DNA from: a bacterium
GTDB lineage: Bacteria > Zhuqueibacterota > Zhuqueibacteria > Residuimicrobiales > Krinioviventaceae
Assembly: GCA_963693055.1 (NCBI GenBank)
Contig: OY843751.1
Coordinates: 1,280,001-1,344,000 of the forward strand
DNA: 64,000 nucleotides
Reading direction: 5' to 3'
Shown here: piece by piece, positions 1 through 10,730 of the stretch
Numbering within the stretch: position 1 is the first letter of the stretch
Layout of the letters: every line of letters begins with the position of its first letter
Notes under the pieces: model-generated
What the model saw: the letters and a program-made list of their open reading frames with translations, nothing else
Told to the model about the DNA's origin: nothing
Databases searched by the model: none
Position numbers and translations under genes: made by a program

Positions 1-589
1 ACCCGCAATAGAGTCCGGATGGTTGACATCTCCGTTAAAAAATAGATTTATCGCGCTTGATCCCGGTCATGGCCCGGATCTGGGAGCTGTTGGACCTACC
101 GGTTACGCTGAAAAAGATGCCAATCTTGCCCTGGCAGAAGAACTGGGTCGCCAATTGCAGGATAAGGGTGCACATGTCTTTTTTACCCGTGAAGGCAATG
201 AAGGTATCTCTTTACGGGGCAGAAAACGCATGGTTGAGGTACTGGCGCCGGATGTAATGTTGAGCTTGCACCATAACGCAATACCGGATGGCGTAAACCC
301 GTATAAAAGCCGGGGAACCAGTACATATTATTATCAACCGCAGAGTTTTGATCTTGCGGTATTGGTACAGAAACATTTGCTTAATGAATTGAAATTGAAT
401 AATTTTGGGTTGTTCTATGATAATCTTGCCATGTGCAGGCCCACGCAAATGCCTTCGATATTGATTGAACCGGCATTTATGATGCATCCGGAAGAAGAGA
501 TGATGATATTGTCTAAAGACTATCGGAAAAAATGTGCAAAGGCGATTGTTAAAGCACTGGAAGAATTTTTTGAAACAACAAGAGAATAA
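1..589 (+). CDS. N-acetylmuramoyl-L-alanine amidase (Amidase_3), 5'-truncated by window edge
   Basis: Motifs IALDPGHG, EKDANL, SLHHNA, PSILIE; frame is open back to the window start. Confidence 0.9.
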   Translation, partial: PAIESGWLTSPLKNRFIALDPGHGPDLGAVGPTGYAEKDANLALAEELGRQLQDKGAHVFFTREGNEGISLRGRKRMVEVLAPDVMLSLHHNAIPDGVNPYKSRGTSTYYYQPQSFDLAVLVQKHLLNELKLNNFGLFYDNLAMCRPTQMPSILIEPAFMMHPEEEMMILSKDYRKKCAKAIVKALEEFFETTRE

Positions 590-600
590 ACGGAGGATAT

Positions 601-1095
601 TTGGATTTTAAGGTGTGTCCGCTCTGCGGATCAACATTGCATAAAACCTTCACAGAAGGTCGCGACCGTATGGTGTGTGATCAATGTGGATATATACAGT
701 ACCAGAACCCGTTGCCCGCTTCTGCAGTAATTGTAATCGAAGATGAGGCAATACTGATGGTGAAACGAAAATTTGAGCCCCAGGCAGGGAAATGGGGACT
801 GCCCGCAGGTTTTGTTGAACTGGATGAATCGCCGGAAGAGGCAGCAGTGCGCGAGGCACTTGAAGAAACCGGTATAAATGTACGAATTGATAAATTGTTC
901 ACAGTGACTGGTGCCTGTGAAGGTCACAAGAGTGATACTGTTTTGATTATTTATATTGCGGAAAAAATTGATGGTGTTTTAACAGCCGGAGATGATGCAG
1001 AAGAAGCCGCTTTTTTTCCAATTCATGAGCTGCCGGAAAATATTGCCTTTTCGAGTCATAAACAGGCAATACTGGAATATATTAATCATCGATAA
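601..1095 (+). CDS. NUDIX hydrolase with N-terminal zinc ribbon
   Basis: CPLC..CDQC plus Nudix box GFVELDESPEEAAVREALEETG; GGAGG RBS before TTG. Confidence 0.9.
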   Translation: MDFKVCPLCGSTLHKTFTEGRDRMVCDQCGYIQYQNPLPASAVIVIEDEAILMVKRKFEPQAGKWGLPAGFVELDESPEEAAVREALEETGINVRIDKLFTVTGACEGHKSDTVLIIYIAEKIDGVLTAGDDAEEAAFFPIHELPENIAFSSHKQAILEYINHR

Positions 1096-1178
1096 TTTGC
1101 TCCTGGTGAAATTCTTTTATTTTATCAGGGGTTATTAATATTATGAAACCTATGAGATTTTGAAAAAAGGACTGAGAA

Positions 1179-1667
1179 ATGGACAAGGTTTTGCAAAATT
1201 CTCTGTTAGCCAGGGGATTTTCGGACGCGGAGTTGAATGATTTATTAACAGTTGCAAATGAACAGACTTTTTATAAAAACCAGTTGATCTTTAAAGAAAA
1301 TGATCCTGCGGATAGTCTATTTATCCTGATTTCTGGCAAGGTATTTATTGAACGTCAATTGTCACACCCCAATATACCGATTTCGACACAGGTCATGACT
1401 GTAAAGAAAGGGCAGATTTTTGGAGAAATGGGACTTGTTGAGGATGTAACACGAACCGCAACGGCACGTGCAGCAAGTCAGATTCGGACGATTGTTTTAG
1501 AATATCAGGCGTTGAGAACATTGTTTGAAAGTGATAACAAGCTGGGATACCGGTTTATGAACAATTTGGCCGTTATTTTGGGAACTCGTCTGAGGAATAT
1601 GAATAAACAATGGAATAATTCAAATATAAGAACACATAATTCTTTTGAATTTGAATATTACGGTTGA
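1179..1667 (+). CDS. Stand-alone cyclic-nucleotide-binding domain protein (no HTH)
   Basis: IFKENDPADSLFILISGKV, IFGEMGL, RTATARA. Confidence 0.85.
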   Translation: MDKVLQNSLLARGFSDAELNDLLTVANEQTFYKNQLIFKENDPADSLFILISGKVFIERQLSHPNIPISTQVMTVKKGQIFGEMGLVEDVTRTATARAASQIRTIVLEYQALRTLFESDNKLGYRFMNNLAVILGTRLRNMNKQWNNSNIRTHNSFEFEYYG

Positions 1668-1713
1668 TCCATAATACCTTATTCCTGCTTTATAATAAAG
1701 AGGAGTAATTATT

Positions 1714-2442
1714 ATGCGGATCTTTTACATTTTACTCGTTTTATTTTGTACGCACTGGAGCGCTTGTATGGATACCAAGAATCAGCAAAATCGATCCATT
1801 GGGGATGAATATTCCATCAAACGCCTGCAAATGGTTGAACAGCAGATCAAAAACCGGGGTATTCAAGATCCCCGTGTTTTGCGTGCCATGATGCATGTAC
1901 CACGCCATCACTTTGTAAACGAACAATCTCTTCCCCATGCTTATGAAGACACTCCATTGACCATTGGTTATGAACAAACCATATCTCAGCCTTATATAGT
2001 AGCATATATGACAGAAGCCCTCGAGTTAGCCGGGGTGGAAAAGGTGCTGGAAATTGGCACAGGTTCAGGCTATCAGGCTGCGGTTTTATGTGAACTTGCA
2101 GAACAGGTTTTTAGTGTCGAAATCGTTGAACCGCTTTGCATAAAAGCAAAGCAGATACTAGAGTCAGAAGGATATACCAATTTTTACGGTCGATGTGGTG
2201 ATGGCTATGCCGGCTGGCCGGAAAAAGCTCCTTTTGATGCAATCATTGTAACTGCAGCCCCTCCATACATCCCCAAACCTTTATTGGAACAGCTCAAACC
2301 AGGCGGGCACATGATCATCCCTGTTGGTAATACCTTTCAAAAGCTGGTGAGGATTATCAGAAAGGCGGATGGCTCTTTTGATCGCCAAGACCTTATACCT
2401 GTAAGGTTTGTCCCCATGACCGGCCGCATTGACAGTATGTGA
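1714..2442 (+). CDS. pcm: Protein-L-isoaspartate O-methyltransferase
   Basis: QTISQPYIVA, VLEIGTGSGYQAA, APFDAIIVTAA, VRFVPM; N-terminal signal-like extension. Confidence 0.95.
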   Translation: MRIFYILLVLFCTHWSACMDTKNQQNRSIGDEYSIKRLQMVEQQIKNRGIQDPRVLRAMMHVPRHHFVNEQSLPHAYEDTPLTIGYEQTISQPYIVAYMTEALELAGVEKVLEIGTGSGYQAAVLCELAEQVFSVEIVEPLCIKAKQILESEGYTNFYGRCGDGYAGWPEKAPFDAIIVTAAPPYIPKPLLEQLKPGGHMIIPVGNTFQKLVRIIRKADGSFDRQDLIPVRFVPMTGRIDSM

Positions 2443-2515
2443 TTTTTTAACTTTTGAAACAATTGCTTGTTTATCTCCGTATTTCAAAGAAAGGTTTGAG
2501 ATAAAGGAGAGCAAA

Positions 2516-3205
2516 ATGGCAGAACAAAAAAGATTGTACCGTTCAGGTAAAGATCACATTCTGGGTGGCGTTTGCGCTGGATTAGCCGAGTATTTAAATA
2601 TAGATACCGTACTGGTGCGGGTTTTATGGCTTGTCTCGGTAATGTTTAATGGTATTGGATTGCTGGCATATTTATTATGTTTATTCTTTATCCCCATGAA
2701 CCCGGAACATGCTGCGTTACCCGAATCTGAAAGAAAGAAAAGCGGACAGACAGGATTGTTTGTGGGTATTGCTTTTGTGGTATTTGGTTTTATGTTTCTA
2801 TTTTTCAATATTGCAGGACATCATTTTTTCTGGTTTGATTGGTGCTGGTTTGGCTTCTGGCCTTTTCGGTGGAATTATATCTGGCCTTTATTTATTATTG
2901 GGTTTGGTGTTTGGTATATTATTTATTCTCTTCGAAAAGACAAGGAACAAAATGGTGAAAATCAAACCATTCTGGGGACAATGCGGTTTTTCCGTAAAAA
3001 AGAGAATCGGATGATCTCTGGTGTATGCAGTGGATTGGCAGAATATTGGAACATTGATGTCACTCTTGTAAGAATTGGTTTTGTTATTTTGACATTGGTT
3101 ACTCATGTTTTTATGGGTATTGCCTTGTATGTTGCATTGGTGTTTATTATTCCTGAAAAAGAACAACTCCATTCTAATATGAATATTAGCCAGGATCCAT
3201 CCTGA
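2516..3205 (+). CDS. Membrane protein with two PspC domains
   Basis: LYRS..ILGGVCAGLAEYLNID and FFRK..ISGVCSGLAEYWNID; AAGGAG RBS before ATG 2516. Confidence 0.85.
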   Translation: MAEQKRLYRSGKDHILGGVCAGLAEYLNIDTVLVRVLWLVSVMFNGIGLLAYLLCLFFIPMNPEHAALPESERKKSGQTGLFVGIAFVVFGFMFLFFNIAGHHFFWFDWCWFGFWPFRWNYIWPLFIIGFGVWYIIYSLRKDKEQNGENQTILGTMRFFRKKENRMISGVCSGLAEYWNIDVTLVRIGFVILTLVTHVFMGIALYVALVFIIPEKEQLHSNMNISQDPS

Positions 3206-3222
3206 TGTGAGGAGAAAGTTTG

Positions 3223-3726
3223 ATGAACGGAAAATTATCTTCAGTTTTGATTGGGGTTTTGTTTATTGTATTTGGAGCAATTATACTTTTAAATAAAATG
3301 GATGTTTTCAATTTTAGTTGGGATGAGGGTGTCCCACTTTTTATGATTGCTTTGAGTGTATTGTCTTTTATCAGTGTTTATCAGGGAAACAAGGGAAATG
3401 CGTTCTGGGGAACGGTTTTAGGCTTGTTGGGGGTGTTTTTTTTCTTGCGAAATTACGGAATTTTTGGTTACTTTTGGTTTGATGAAATATGGCCGGTTAT
3501 TCTGATTGCGCTGGGTTTGGGATTTATAGTAACTTTTTTCTTTAATCCCAGAGACTGGGGTGTTTTGATTCCAGGTGGAATATTGACCTTTTTAGGGACT
3601 GTGTTTCTAATGGAAACCTTGCATGTATCACATCACACCCGTAAACTGGTGCATGATTTCTGGCCGCTTATTCTTGTATTAATTGGAGTGGGACTCATCA
3701 GTAATTCTATTTCAAAAAGAAAGTAA
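3223..3726 (+). CDS. LiaF/DUF5668-like membrane protein
   Basis: Repeated WPxILI(A/V)LG transmembrane motif; follows PspC gene. Confidence 0.65.
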   Translation: MNGKLSSVLIGVLFIVFGAIILLNKMDVFNFSWDEGVPLFMIALSVLSFISVYQGNKGNAFWGTVLGLLGVFFFLRNYGIFGYFWFDEIWPVILIALGLGFIVTFFFNPRDWGVLIPGGILTFLGTVFLMETLHVSHHTRKLVHDFWPLILVLIGVGLISNSISKRK

Positions 3727-3753
3727 ATACAAACCAATCCGGCGGGAGTGTAC

Positions 3754-4869
3754 ATGGACGCGGTAATTCATTTTATTAACGAGTACTTTTCAATTTTTGG
3801 ACTCAAGGGGACGAATCTTGTTCTGGGGGTTTTAATTCTGATCTTTTTTCTATTGTTGCGCAAAGCCTTTGGCGCCTGGGCGCTTTATCGTCTTAAAAAG
3901 TGGACTAAAAAAACAGAAACCACCATTGATGATGCTCTGCTGGAAATTTTAAATCCTCCGTTAAGCTTTTTAATATTGCTGATAGGCATTTGGGTAGCCC
4001 GTGTTGTCATTAATTTTCCGGAGCGGATAGATGCTACACTGGTGAATTGGATCCATCTGGGTTTTGTGGTTGTGCTCTGTTGGTTGATTTATCGCAGTGC
4101 TGATGTTTTTACTGATTTTCTTGAAAAGTTTGCAAGACGCACTGAAACTGAACTGGATGATATACTGGTTCCTTATTTGAACAAGGTTGTCAAAGTTGTC
4201 GCCATACTGATGGTAATATTGAAATTTGCCGAAGTTGTACTGGGCATGAGTGCCGCGGCACTTTTGGGTTTGCTTGGAGGTATGGGACTGACTTTGGGAT
4301 TGGTGTTTAAAGATATTATTGCAAACTGGTTCGGTTGCGGTGTGATTTATATTGATAATTTATTTCGTGAGGGGGATTGGGTACAGCTCGATTCCGGTAA
4401 TTTAGTTGATGCGGATGTTGAAGAGATTGGTCTGCGCAGTACCCGCTTCCGAAATTTTGATAAAACGGTATCCATTGTTCCCAATGCTACAATAGCCAAC
4501 GCTGTTGTTAAAAACTGGTCACGCATGTATAAGCGCAGGGTAAAATTTAATCTGACCATTGATGGTATTGATGCACAGATCGTGGAAAAGTTACTTGAAG
4601 GAATTCGTAATATTTTGTCTAATGATGAAGGTGTGCAGCAGGAATTCCATATGGTAAATTTTCGTGAATTTGATGGTAATTCACGGGTGATTAGACTTTA
4701 TTATTTTACAACAACCACTGTCTGGAAAGAGCATGAACAGGTCCGTGAAAATGTCAATATGAAAGTTTTAAAGCTTTTTGAAGAAAATGGAATTGACAAG
4801 CTGGCTTATACAATTGTGGATTTGAGTGACGATCGTCCTCGTGATTTTGAAAAGCGTATAGAATCCTGA
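3754..4869 (+). CDS. Small-conductance mechanosensitive channel (MscS family)
   Basis: FREGDWV, VEEIGLRSTRFRNFD, VPNATI. Confidence 0.9.
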   Translation: MDAVIHFINEYFSIFGLKGTNLVLGVLILIFFLLLRKAFGAWALYRLKKWTKKTETTIDDALLEILNPPLSFLILLIGIWVARVVINFPERIDATLVNWIHLGFVVVLCWLIYRSADVFTDFLEKFARRTETELDDILVPYLNKVVKVVAILMVILKFAEVVLGMSAAALLGLLGGMGLTLGLVFKDIIANWFGCGVIYIDNLFREGDWVQLDSGNLVDADVEEIGLRSTRFRNFDKTVSIVPNATIANAVVKNWSRMYKRRVKFNLTIDGIDAQIVEKLLEGIRNILSNDEGVQQEFHMVNFREFDGNSRVIRLYYFTTTTVWKEHEQVRENVNMKVLKLFEENGIDKLAYTIVDLSDDRPRDFEKRIES

Positions 4870-4972
4870 ATATAAACCTATAAAGGCGTTTTATTTACAC
4901 CATTGTGATTTTGTTTAAAAAAGGGTACATTGGTGTACCTGAAACGTCTTTTTTTTTATACCAGAGGAAATT

Positions 4973-5962
4973 ATGAAAGTATTATTTATTGGCGGTACCG
5001 GAGTAATCAGTTCGGCCTGTGCAGCGCTCGCTGTTGAACAGGGATTGGAATTATATTTGTTAAATCGTGGTGTTACCTCGCGGCCGGTTCCTGATGGTGC
5101 TGTTCAATTGATTGGAGATATTCGCAATCCTGAGCAGGTAAAAGCAGTCCTTCAGGATTATAAATTTGATGCTGTTGTGGACTGGATTGCTTTTGGACCG
5201 GAGCATATACAAACGGATATTGAATTATTTAGCGGTAAAACGGACCAGTTTGTATTCATCAGCTCTGCATCTGTTTACCAAACACCACCATCAAGACTGC
5301 CCGTGACAGAAGACACACCGCTTGATAATCCATTCTGGCAGTATTCACAGGATAAAATAGCCTGTGAGAAATTGCTGATGAGCGAATATAAAAAGTCCGG
5401 GTTCCCCATTACAATAGTTAGACCTTCTCATACGTATGATAAAACCATGTTGCCGAATCGTGGCAAATTCACGGATATTGACCGGATGCTCAAGGGTAAA
5501 CCGGTTGTATTGCAGGGTGATGGAACGTCCATATGGACACTTACACACCATAAAGATTTTGCTGTGGGCTTTAACGGATTATTGGGCAATTCAAAAGCAA
5601 TTGGTGAAGCGTATCATATTACTTCTGACGAATGGCTGACTTGGGACCAGATTATGCATATTCTTGCGGATACGGTTAACGCCAAAGCTGATATTGTACA
5701 TATTCCTTCAGATTTACTTGCAGCCTATTTCCCGGATATGGGTCCCGGTCTGTTGGGCGATAAATCTCACAGTATGATTTTTGATAATAGCAAAATTAGA
5801 GAACTGGTTCCCGCTTTTAATCCCAGGATATCCTTTCGGGAAGGAGCTAAAGAGATTATTCAATGGTTTAATGAGGTTTCCGAAAGACGTGCTTTAAACC
5901 AGGATTATAATGAAAAAATGGATCGGTTGATTGGTATTTACAAATCAATCTGGCCGAAATAA
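4973..5962 (+). CDS. NAD-dependent epimerase/dehydratase (extended SDR)
   Basis: IGGTGVIS, FISSASVY, YSQDK. Confidence 0.85.
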   Translation: MKVLFIGGTGVISSACAALAVEQGLELYLLNRGVTSRPVPDGAVQLIGDIRNPEQVKAVLQDYKFDAVVDWIAFGPEHIQTDIELFSGKTDQFVFISSASVYQTPPSRLPVTEDTPLDNPFWQYSQDKIACEKLLMSEYKKSGFPITIVRPSHTYDKTMLPNRGKFTDIDRMLKGKPVVLQGDGTSIWTLTHHKDFAVGFNGLLGNSKAIGEAYHITSDEWLTWDQIMHILADTVNAKADIVHIPSDLLAAYFPDMGPGLLGDKSHSMIFDNSKIRELVPAFNPRISFREGAKEIIQWFNEVSERRALNQDYNEKMDRLIGIYKSIWPK

Positions 5963-5973
5963 GGAGCAAATAA

Positions 5974-6807
5974 ATGAGTGCAACACCATTAAAAGATTAT
6001 AGCAGATTATGTATACATACCATAACCACAAAACCATGGTCTATTGAGACCGCTATTGATAAATATGCCGCTGCCGGTGTAAAAGGTATTACGGTTTGGC
6101 GTCAGTGGCTTGAGGGAAAAGACTATTCTAAAGTTGGAAAACAGATACAAGATGCCGGACTAACAGCGGTATCTCTATGCCGTGGAGGATTTTTCCCTTC
6201 TATTGATGCTTCCGCAAGGCAGGCCGCTATTGATGAAAATCGCAGAGCAATTGATGAAGCGGCAGCTATTGGTGCCCCCTTGGTGGTGCTGGTTTGTGGT
6301 GCGGACCCCAAACAATCACTTACAGAATCCCGAAAAAATATTACAGACGGAATTTCTGCCGTGTTAGACCATGCGCAAGCCAACAATGTAAAGCTGGGAA
6401 TTGAACCTTTACATCCCATGTATGCGGATACGCGCTCTGCTGTTAATACCTTGAAACAAGCCAATGATATGTGTGACGAGTTGGACCATTCTCATGTTGG
6501 AGTAGCCGTGGATGTCTATCATCTGTGGTGGGACCCTGATCTGCAGCAACAAGTCAAACGTTGTGGTAAAGACGGCAATTTACTGGCATTTCATATTTGC
6601 GATTGGCATTACCCGCCAGAAGATATGCTCAATGATCGTGGGTTGATGGGTGAAGGATGCATTAATGTTAGAGAAATTCGCGGTTGGGTTGAAGAGACCG
6701 GGTTTAACGGATTTATTGAAGTAGAAGTTTTTTCAAATCGCTGGTGGGCGCAAGATCAGGATGAATTTCTGGCAGAGATTCAGAGAGCCTATTTGGAATG
6801 TTCTTGA
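5974..6807 (+). CDS. Sugar phosphate isomerase/epimerase (AP_endonuc_2 TIM barrel)
   Basis: IEPLHPMY, DVYH, FHICD, MGEGCI, EVEVFS. Confidence 0.85.
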   Translation: MSATPLKDYSRLCIHTITTKPWSIETAIDKYAAAGVKGITVWRQWLEGKDYSKVGKQIQDAGLTAVSLCRGGFFPSIDASARQAAIDENRRAIDEAAAIGAPLVVLVCGADPKQSLTESRKNITDGISAVLDHAQANNVKLGIEPLHPMYADTRSAVNTLKQANDMCDELDHSHVGVAVDVYHLWWDPDLQQQVKRCGKDGNLLAFHICDWHYPPEDMLNDRGLMGEGCINVREIRGWVEETGFNGFIEVEVFSNRWWAQDQDEFLAEIQRAYLECS

Positions 6808-6830
6808 GGGAATTATATGGGTCTTGAAAT

Positions 6831-6877
6831 AAATAAAGCCTGCTGTGAAAATTAAGATTCGCAACAGGCTTTATTTT
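6831..6877. terminator. Bidirectional intrinsic terminator
   Basis: AAATAAAGCCTG...CAGGCTTTATTT inverted repeat between convergent genes. Confidence 0.7.
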
Positions 6878-6886
6878 ATATACCCA

Positions 6887-8467
6887 CTAGTTGTTCAATA
6901 ATGCATAAAGGCCCATCATGGATCTGCCGGTAACCATGGCACAATTTAACCATCCGGTTTCAGAACGACGATAAGTATATTCCAGATATGTGGGATACTG
7001 TCCGGTATCAGCGTTTTGGAATGCTATAATTGAATTTGCCATGGATTTGGCTTTTTCAAGGTACAGGGGTTCTTTGGTAACCTCGTACATTTTTTGAAAC
7101 GTGATGAGCAGTTTGGCTACGCTGGCATCAATAGGCACATAATAATGATATTGCTCTAATGCGCACGGGGTATGCCATACTTCAACAGGACGTGTATTAT
7201 AGCGGGTTTGGGGCATGGGTTTTTCCCATACTACAAACTGGTCTTCGGCAAAGCGTGTGATTTCTCTGGCAATTTTCAGGTATTCGGGATTTTCAGGATC
7301 ACGATCCATCAAATAGATTGCAAATGAGCAAGGCAAATGCTTGCTGAGATTTTTATACAATTGAGAAGGCGGCACATCTTCAAATTGTCCTTCCCAATTG
7401 AATGTTTTTACCGGGTTCTCCATAATCCAGTTAAACGCACGTTCAAGGCTGCCACGGTATTTGTCAACACCGTACTGTCGTTCAAGGCGATCAAAAAACT
7501 GGATCATGTCAACCGGAATACAAAAGTTGGGAGTAACCGGTTTTCCATTGGCCAGCATTTTCAGGTTCCAGGTGCCCTCGGGTAATTGCAGTTTTACCAG
7601 AGTATCTGCAATGCGTAGCGCCGCGTCAAGATATTTTTTATTCTGGTTCATGTCATAGAGGTCGAGATAGTCCATTGCCGCTTCGGCAGGATAAATCAGC
7701 ATAAACTGACCTTTGTATTCCTTTGATGTATGATAATCCCATCGATAGGTCGGGGGAAAATAAGCAAGGGCAGAGCTGGCGGGTTCACTGATATCGATCA
7801 GGTAATCTGCAGCTTTTTCTGCAATAAGCAGGGCATCTTTTGAATGCTCTGGAACCAGCGAAGCATAAAGAGACATCCCCGAAACGACTGAGCCAATTAT
7901 CTTTGCAGGGTATGTATATAAATCGTACCCGGCAGTGTCCGGCAGCCCGGTTGTTTTCCAGTTCTGTATATAGGTTTGATTGTAAATAAAGTCCAGCGCT
8001 TTTGTTGCACTCTCTTTGTATGTTATAGAAGGTTCATGATAACCACCCTTGTAAACAGCAGCGCGATAAAAAGACCGCTCGCCGGCAATACCCAAAGAAT
8101 TTCCGTTATGATCAAATGCGGTTACTTTTAAATGGATTGTTCCTACTGGTAAATCCTGCCATATTGGGGATAACAATGCCCATGGAGTATTTGCTTTAAA
8201 TGAATATGTGTTGCTGTCTGCTGCTAATGCAGTAAACTCGTATGTTTCTGCATTTTCAATTTTATTGAAATTGAAAGAAGGTACATAAATAAAGCGTTGC
8301 GCGTTGACGTTCCAGAATGATGTTCCGGGTGGATTCCCCGGTCTAATAGGGACCATAGAATCCTGAATTGCTAGTTTTTTAATCTCTGCAGAATCAGGAT
8401 ACTGGGAAGAATTACAGCCCCCAATTACCAATAGTACTACAAACAACAGATGTTTAAGAGATTGCAT
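6887..8467 (-). CDS. Hypothetical lipoprotein, probable (alpha/alpha) barrel carbohydrate-related enzyme
   Basis: 526 aa; lipobox-like VIGGC; repeated helical motifs KKYLDAALRIAD, EPLYLEKAKSMAN. Confidence 0.55.
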   Translation of the reverse strand: MQSLKHLLFVVLLVIGGCNSSQYPDSAEIKKLAIQDSMVPIRPGNPPGTSFWNVNAQRFIYVPSFNFNKIENAETYEFTALAADSNTYSFKANTPWALLSPIWQDLPVGTIHLKVTAFDHNGNSLGIAGERSFYRAAVYKGGYHEPSITYKESATKALDFIYNQTYIQNWKTTGLPDTAGYDLYTYPAKIIGSVVSGMSLYASLVPEHSKDALLIAEKAADYLIDISEPASSALAYFPPTYRWDYHTSKEYKGQFMLIYPAEAAMDYLDLYDMNQNKKYLDAALRIADTLVKLQLPEGTWNLKMLANGKPVTPNFCIPVDMIQFFDRLERQYGVDKYRGSLERAFNWIMENPVKTFNWEGQFEDVPPSQLYKNLSKHLPCSFAIYLMDRDPENPEYLKIAREITRFAEDQFVVWEKPMPQTRYNTRPVEVWHTPCALEQYHYYVPIDASVAKLLITFQKMYEVTKEPLYLEKAKSMANSIIAFQNADTGQYPTYLEYTYRRSETGWLNCAMVTGRSMMGLYALLNN

Positions 8468-8621
8468 GTTTGTTTTTTCCTTATTATCGGGTAGAATGTT
8501 TATGAGACAACTTTGAAAATTTGCTGAATCTTGTGGATGATAATATTGATAGTCTAAAGCCCGGAAGTATTAAATTGATTGCTAAATATTTATACCGGAT
8601 AAATGGGTTTGCATCTGGAAT

Positions 8622-8654
8622 ATCTCATTCCCCTAATAACAAGGGGAATGAGAT
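8622..8654. terminator. Stem-loop / probable terminator
   Basis: ATCTCATTCCCCT-AATAACA-AGGGGAATGAGAT just past the DUF1080 stop. Confidence 0.6.
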
Positions 8655-8679
8655 TTAAATTTTGAAACGAAATGTAAAG

Positions 8680-9426
8680 CTATTTTAGTTCTTTAACAAG
8701 TAGATTTTTCCAAAGGATGGTTCCCTGTTTGCCCACGTGAACCTGTAATCCGAAAAATCCTTCCTTGTATGTATCGTCAACCCAATTTGCAGCAGGAATT
8801 CCGTTAACCCATGTTTTAATTGTGTTGCCTTTTGCCAACACTGTTATACGGTTCCATTCGTTTTCTTTCATGGCGGTTCTGATTTTTGCATGGTCCTCCA
8901 GCCATAATGGATAATACCAGCCACCACAGCTTTGACCATAAATACCTCCCGACCAATACCTTTGGCGTGCAAAATCTTCAACTTCGACCTGGGGGCCATA
9001 AACCACTATTTCATCTGTACCTTTGGTCTTTGCTCTTACCATGATGCCGGTGTTACCATCTACCTCTATTTTCATGTCACAGGTAAAGATAAAGTCTGTA
9101 TAGTCGTCTTTGTCTGTGCAGAGATAAGTGCTGGGGGAGCCGGGTACATTGGTGCCGACAATCATTCCGTCTTTAACCTCAAACTTGCAGTTACCTTCAA
9201 TGACTCTCCAATTGGTCAGGTTAATTCCGTTGAACAAGGGTACAAATCCTTCTGTCAGGTCAGGTTCAGGATCTGTATTGAGCAGCATATCAGCCGGGTC
9301 AGGAGCGTTTTCCTGTACTTTGTATTTTTCGTACCACTTTTGTTGACTCTTGTCAAGTTTTCCGGCAAATGCAATACATGATGAAAGTGCCAGCAAGCTG
9401 CAAATAAGTAATAATTTGTTTTTCAA
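8680..9426 (-). CDS. DUF1080 / 3-keto-disaccharide hydrolase family secreted protein
   Basis: FVPLFNG, GNTGI, GPQVE, EWNRI, GFFGLQVH; signal peptide. Confidence 0.85.
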   Translation of the reverse strand: MKNKLLLICSLLALSSCIAFAGKLDKSQQKWYEKYKVQENAPDPADMLLNTDPEPDLTEGFVPLFNGINLTNWRVIEGNCKFEVKDGMIVGTNVPGSPSTYLCTDKDDYTDFIFTCDMKIEVDGNTGIMVRAKTKGTDEIVVYGPQVEVEDFARQRYWSGGIYGQSCGGWYYPLWLEDHAKIRTAMKENEWNRITVLAKGNTIKTWVNGIPAANWVDDTYKEGFFGLQVHVGKQGTILWKNLLVKELK

Positions 9427-9480
9427 TGTTGACTCCTTGATTAAAATTCTAGATATAATTCAAAAATTGATTGTAAATTT

Positions 9481-10620
9481 TTATAAAAAAATCACACAAA
9501 CTGGTTGAGGTATTTCTATATTGTTAACCGGTTCCAGTTTACCATCTTTTTTAATTGAAAAGATAGTGATATTGCTGGTTTTCTGGTTTGCCGCAAATAA
9601 ATATTTACCCGATGGGGTAATATTGAAATGGCGAGGCCAGTTGCCTCCTGTGGGTTCGTGTCCTATTGCGGTGAGTTTACCTGTTTGCTGATTGATTGCA
9701 TATATTACAATGCTGTTATGAACCCGGTTTGATCCGTACAGAAATTTGCCGTTAGGGTGGACAACAACATGCGCGCACCAGTTTTCACCATTATAATCTT
9801 TGGGCAAGGTGGTTACGGTTTCGATCTCGGTCAGTGAACCGTCATTACTGTTATAACTGAATGCGGTCATGGTAGAATTGAGTTCACTGATCACATAGGC
9901 CCATTTTCCGTTGGGGTGAAAGGTGATGATTCTTGGGCCAGCGCCGGGTGTCACGGCAGCATAGGGTGGATTTGCAGATTCCAGCTTGCCATTCTCTTTA
10001 TCGATTTTATAGATCATGATTTTATCGATACCCAGATCAGGAACATAGGCATATTTTTCGTCAGGTGAAGGGACGATAGAGTGCGGATGCGGTTGACTTT
10101 GACGGTCAGCATCTGGTCCCGATCCTTTATGCTGCATAAGGCTCGAAACCTCTTGCAAAGCTCCATCATTATTGAGTGGATAGAGAATTGCACTCCCACC
10201 GCGATAATTGTTAACCAATGCATAACCGTCAACCAGGCTGACGAAACAAGGATGCCCACCAATGCTGATCTGCTCGTTCAGGGGAGTGAGGTCATGGGTT
10301 TCCGGATCAATGTGAAATGAAGAGACAATTCCCGTATGTGTTTCCGGATCTGTGACTTCGTTAATTGAATACAAGGTGTTGGTTTCGATATTGATGGTCA
10401 TATACGAAGGGTCAGTTACTCCGGTTGTGAAACCCTGTAAAGTGTACTCTGCGGTTGCTTCGTCAAATGTATAGCGATAAATGCCTTTACCACTACCATC
10501 ATCCCTTGTTGTGTAGGTACCCACGTAAACTGTGAGTGAATCTTTTTCTGGTTTAGCACAATTGAAAAAAACGGTAGCGATGACAAACATTAAAAGTAAT
10601 GTGATTTTTGAATTTTTCAT
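9481..10620 (-). CDS. Lactonase family protein (6-phosphogluconolactonase, 7-blade propeller), lipoprotein
   Basis: VYVGTYT, PHPHS, PDLGID, GAGPR, SNR, GNWPRHF. Confidence 0.9.
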   Translation of the reverse strand: MKNSKITLLLMFVIATVFFNCAKPEKDSLTVYVGTYTTRDDGSGKGIYRYTFDEATAEYTLQGFTTGVTDPSYMTINIETNTLYSINEVTDPETHTGIVSSFHIDPETHDLTPLNEQISIGGHPCFVSLVDGYALVNNYRGGSAILYPLNNDGALQEVSSLMQHKGSGPDADRQSQPHPHSIVPSPDEKYAYVPDLGIDKIMIYKIDKENGKLESANPPYAAVTPGAGPRIITFHPNGKWAYVISELNSTMTAFSYNSNDGSLTEIETVTTLPKDYNGENWCAHVVVHPNGKFLYGSNRVHNSIVIYAINQQTGKLTAIGHEPTGGNWPRHFNITPSGKYLFAANQKTSNITIFSIKKDGKLEPVNNIEIPQPVCVIFL

Positions 10621-10730
10621 GATTTGTCCTGTTTTTTTGATCTAAGAGTGAGGTATACTGCTATCACTAAAATTAAAAAAATGACTCCTGACATTAAAAT
10701 GCCATTCAAAAAATCAGCCATCAAGATTCC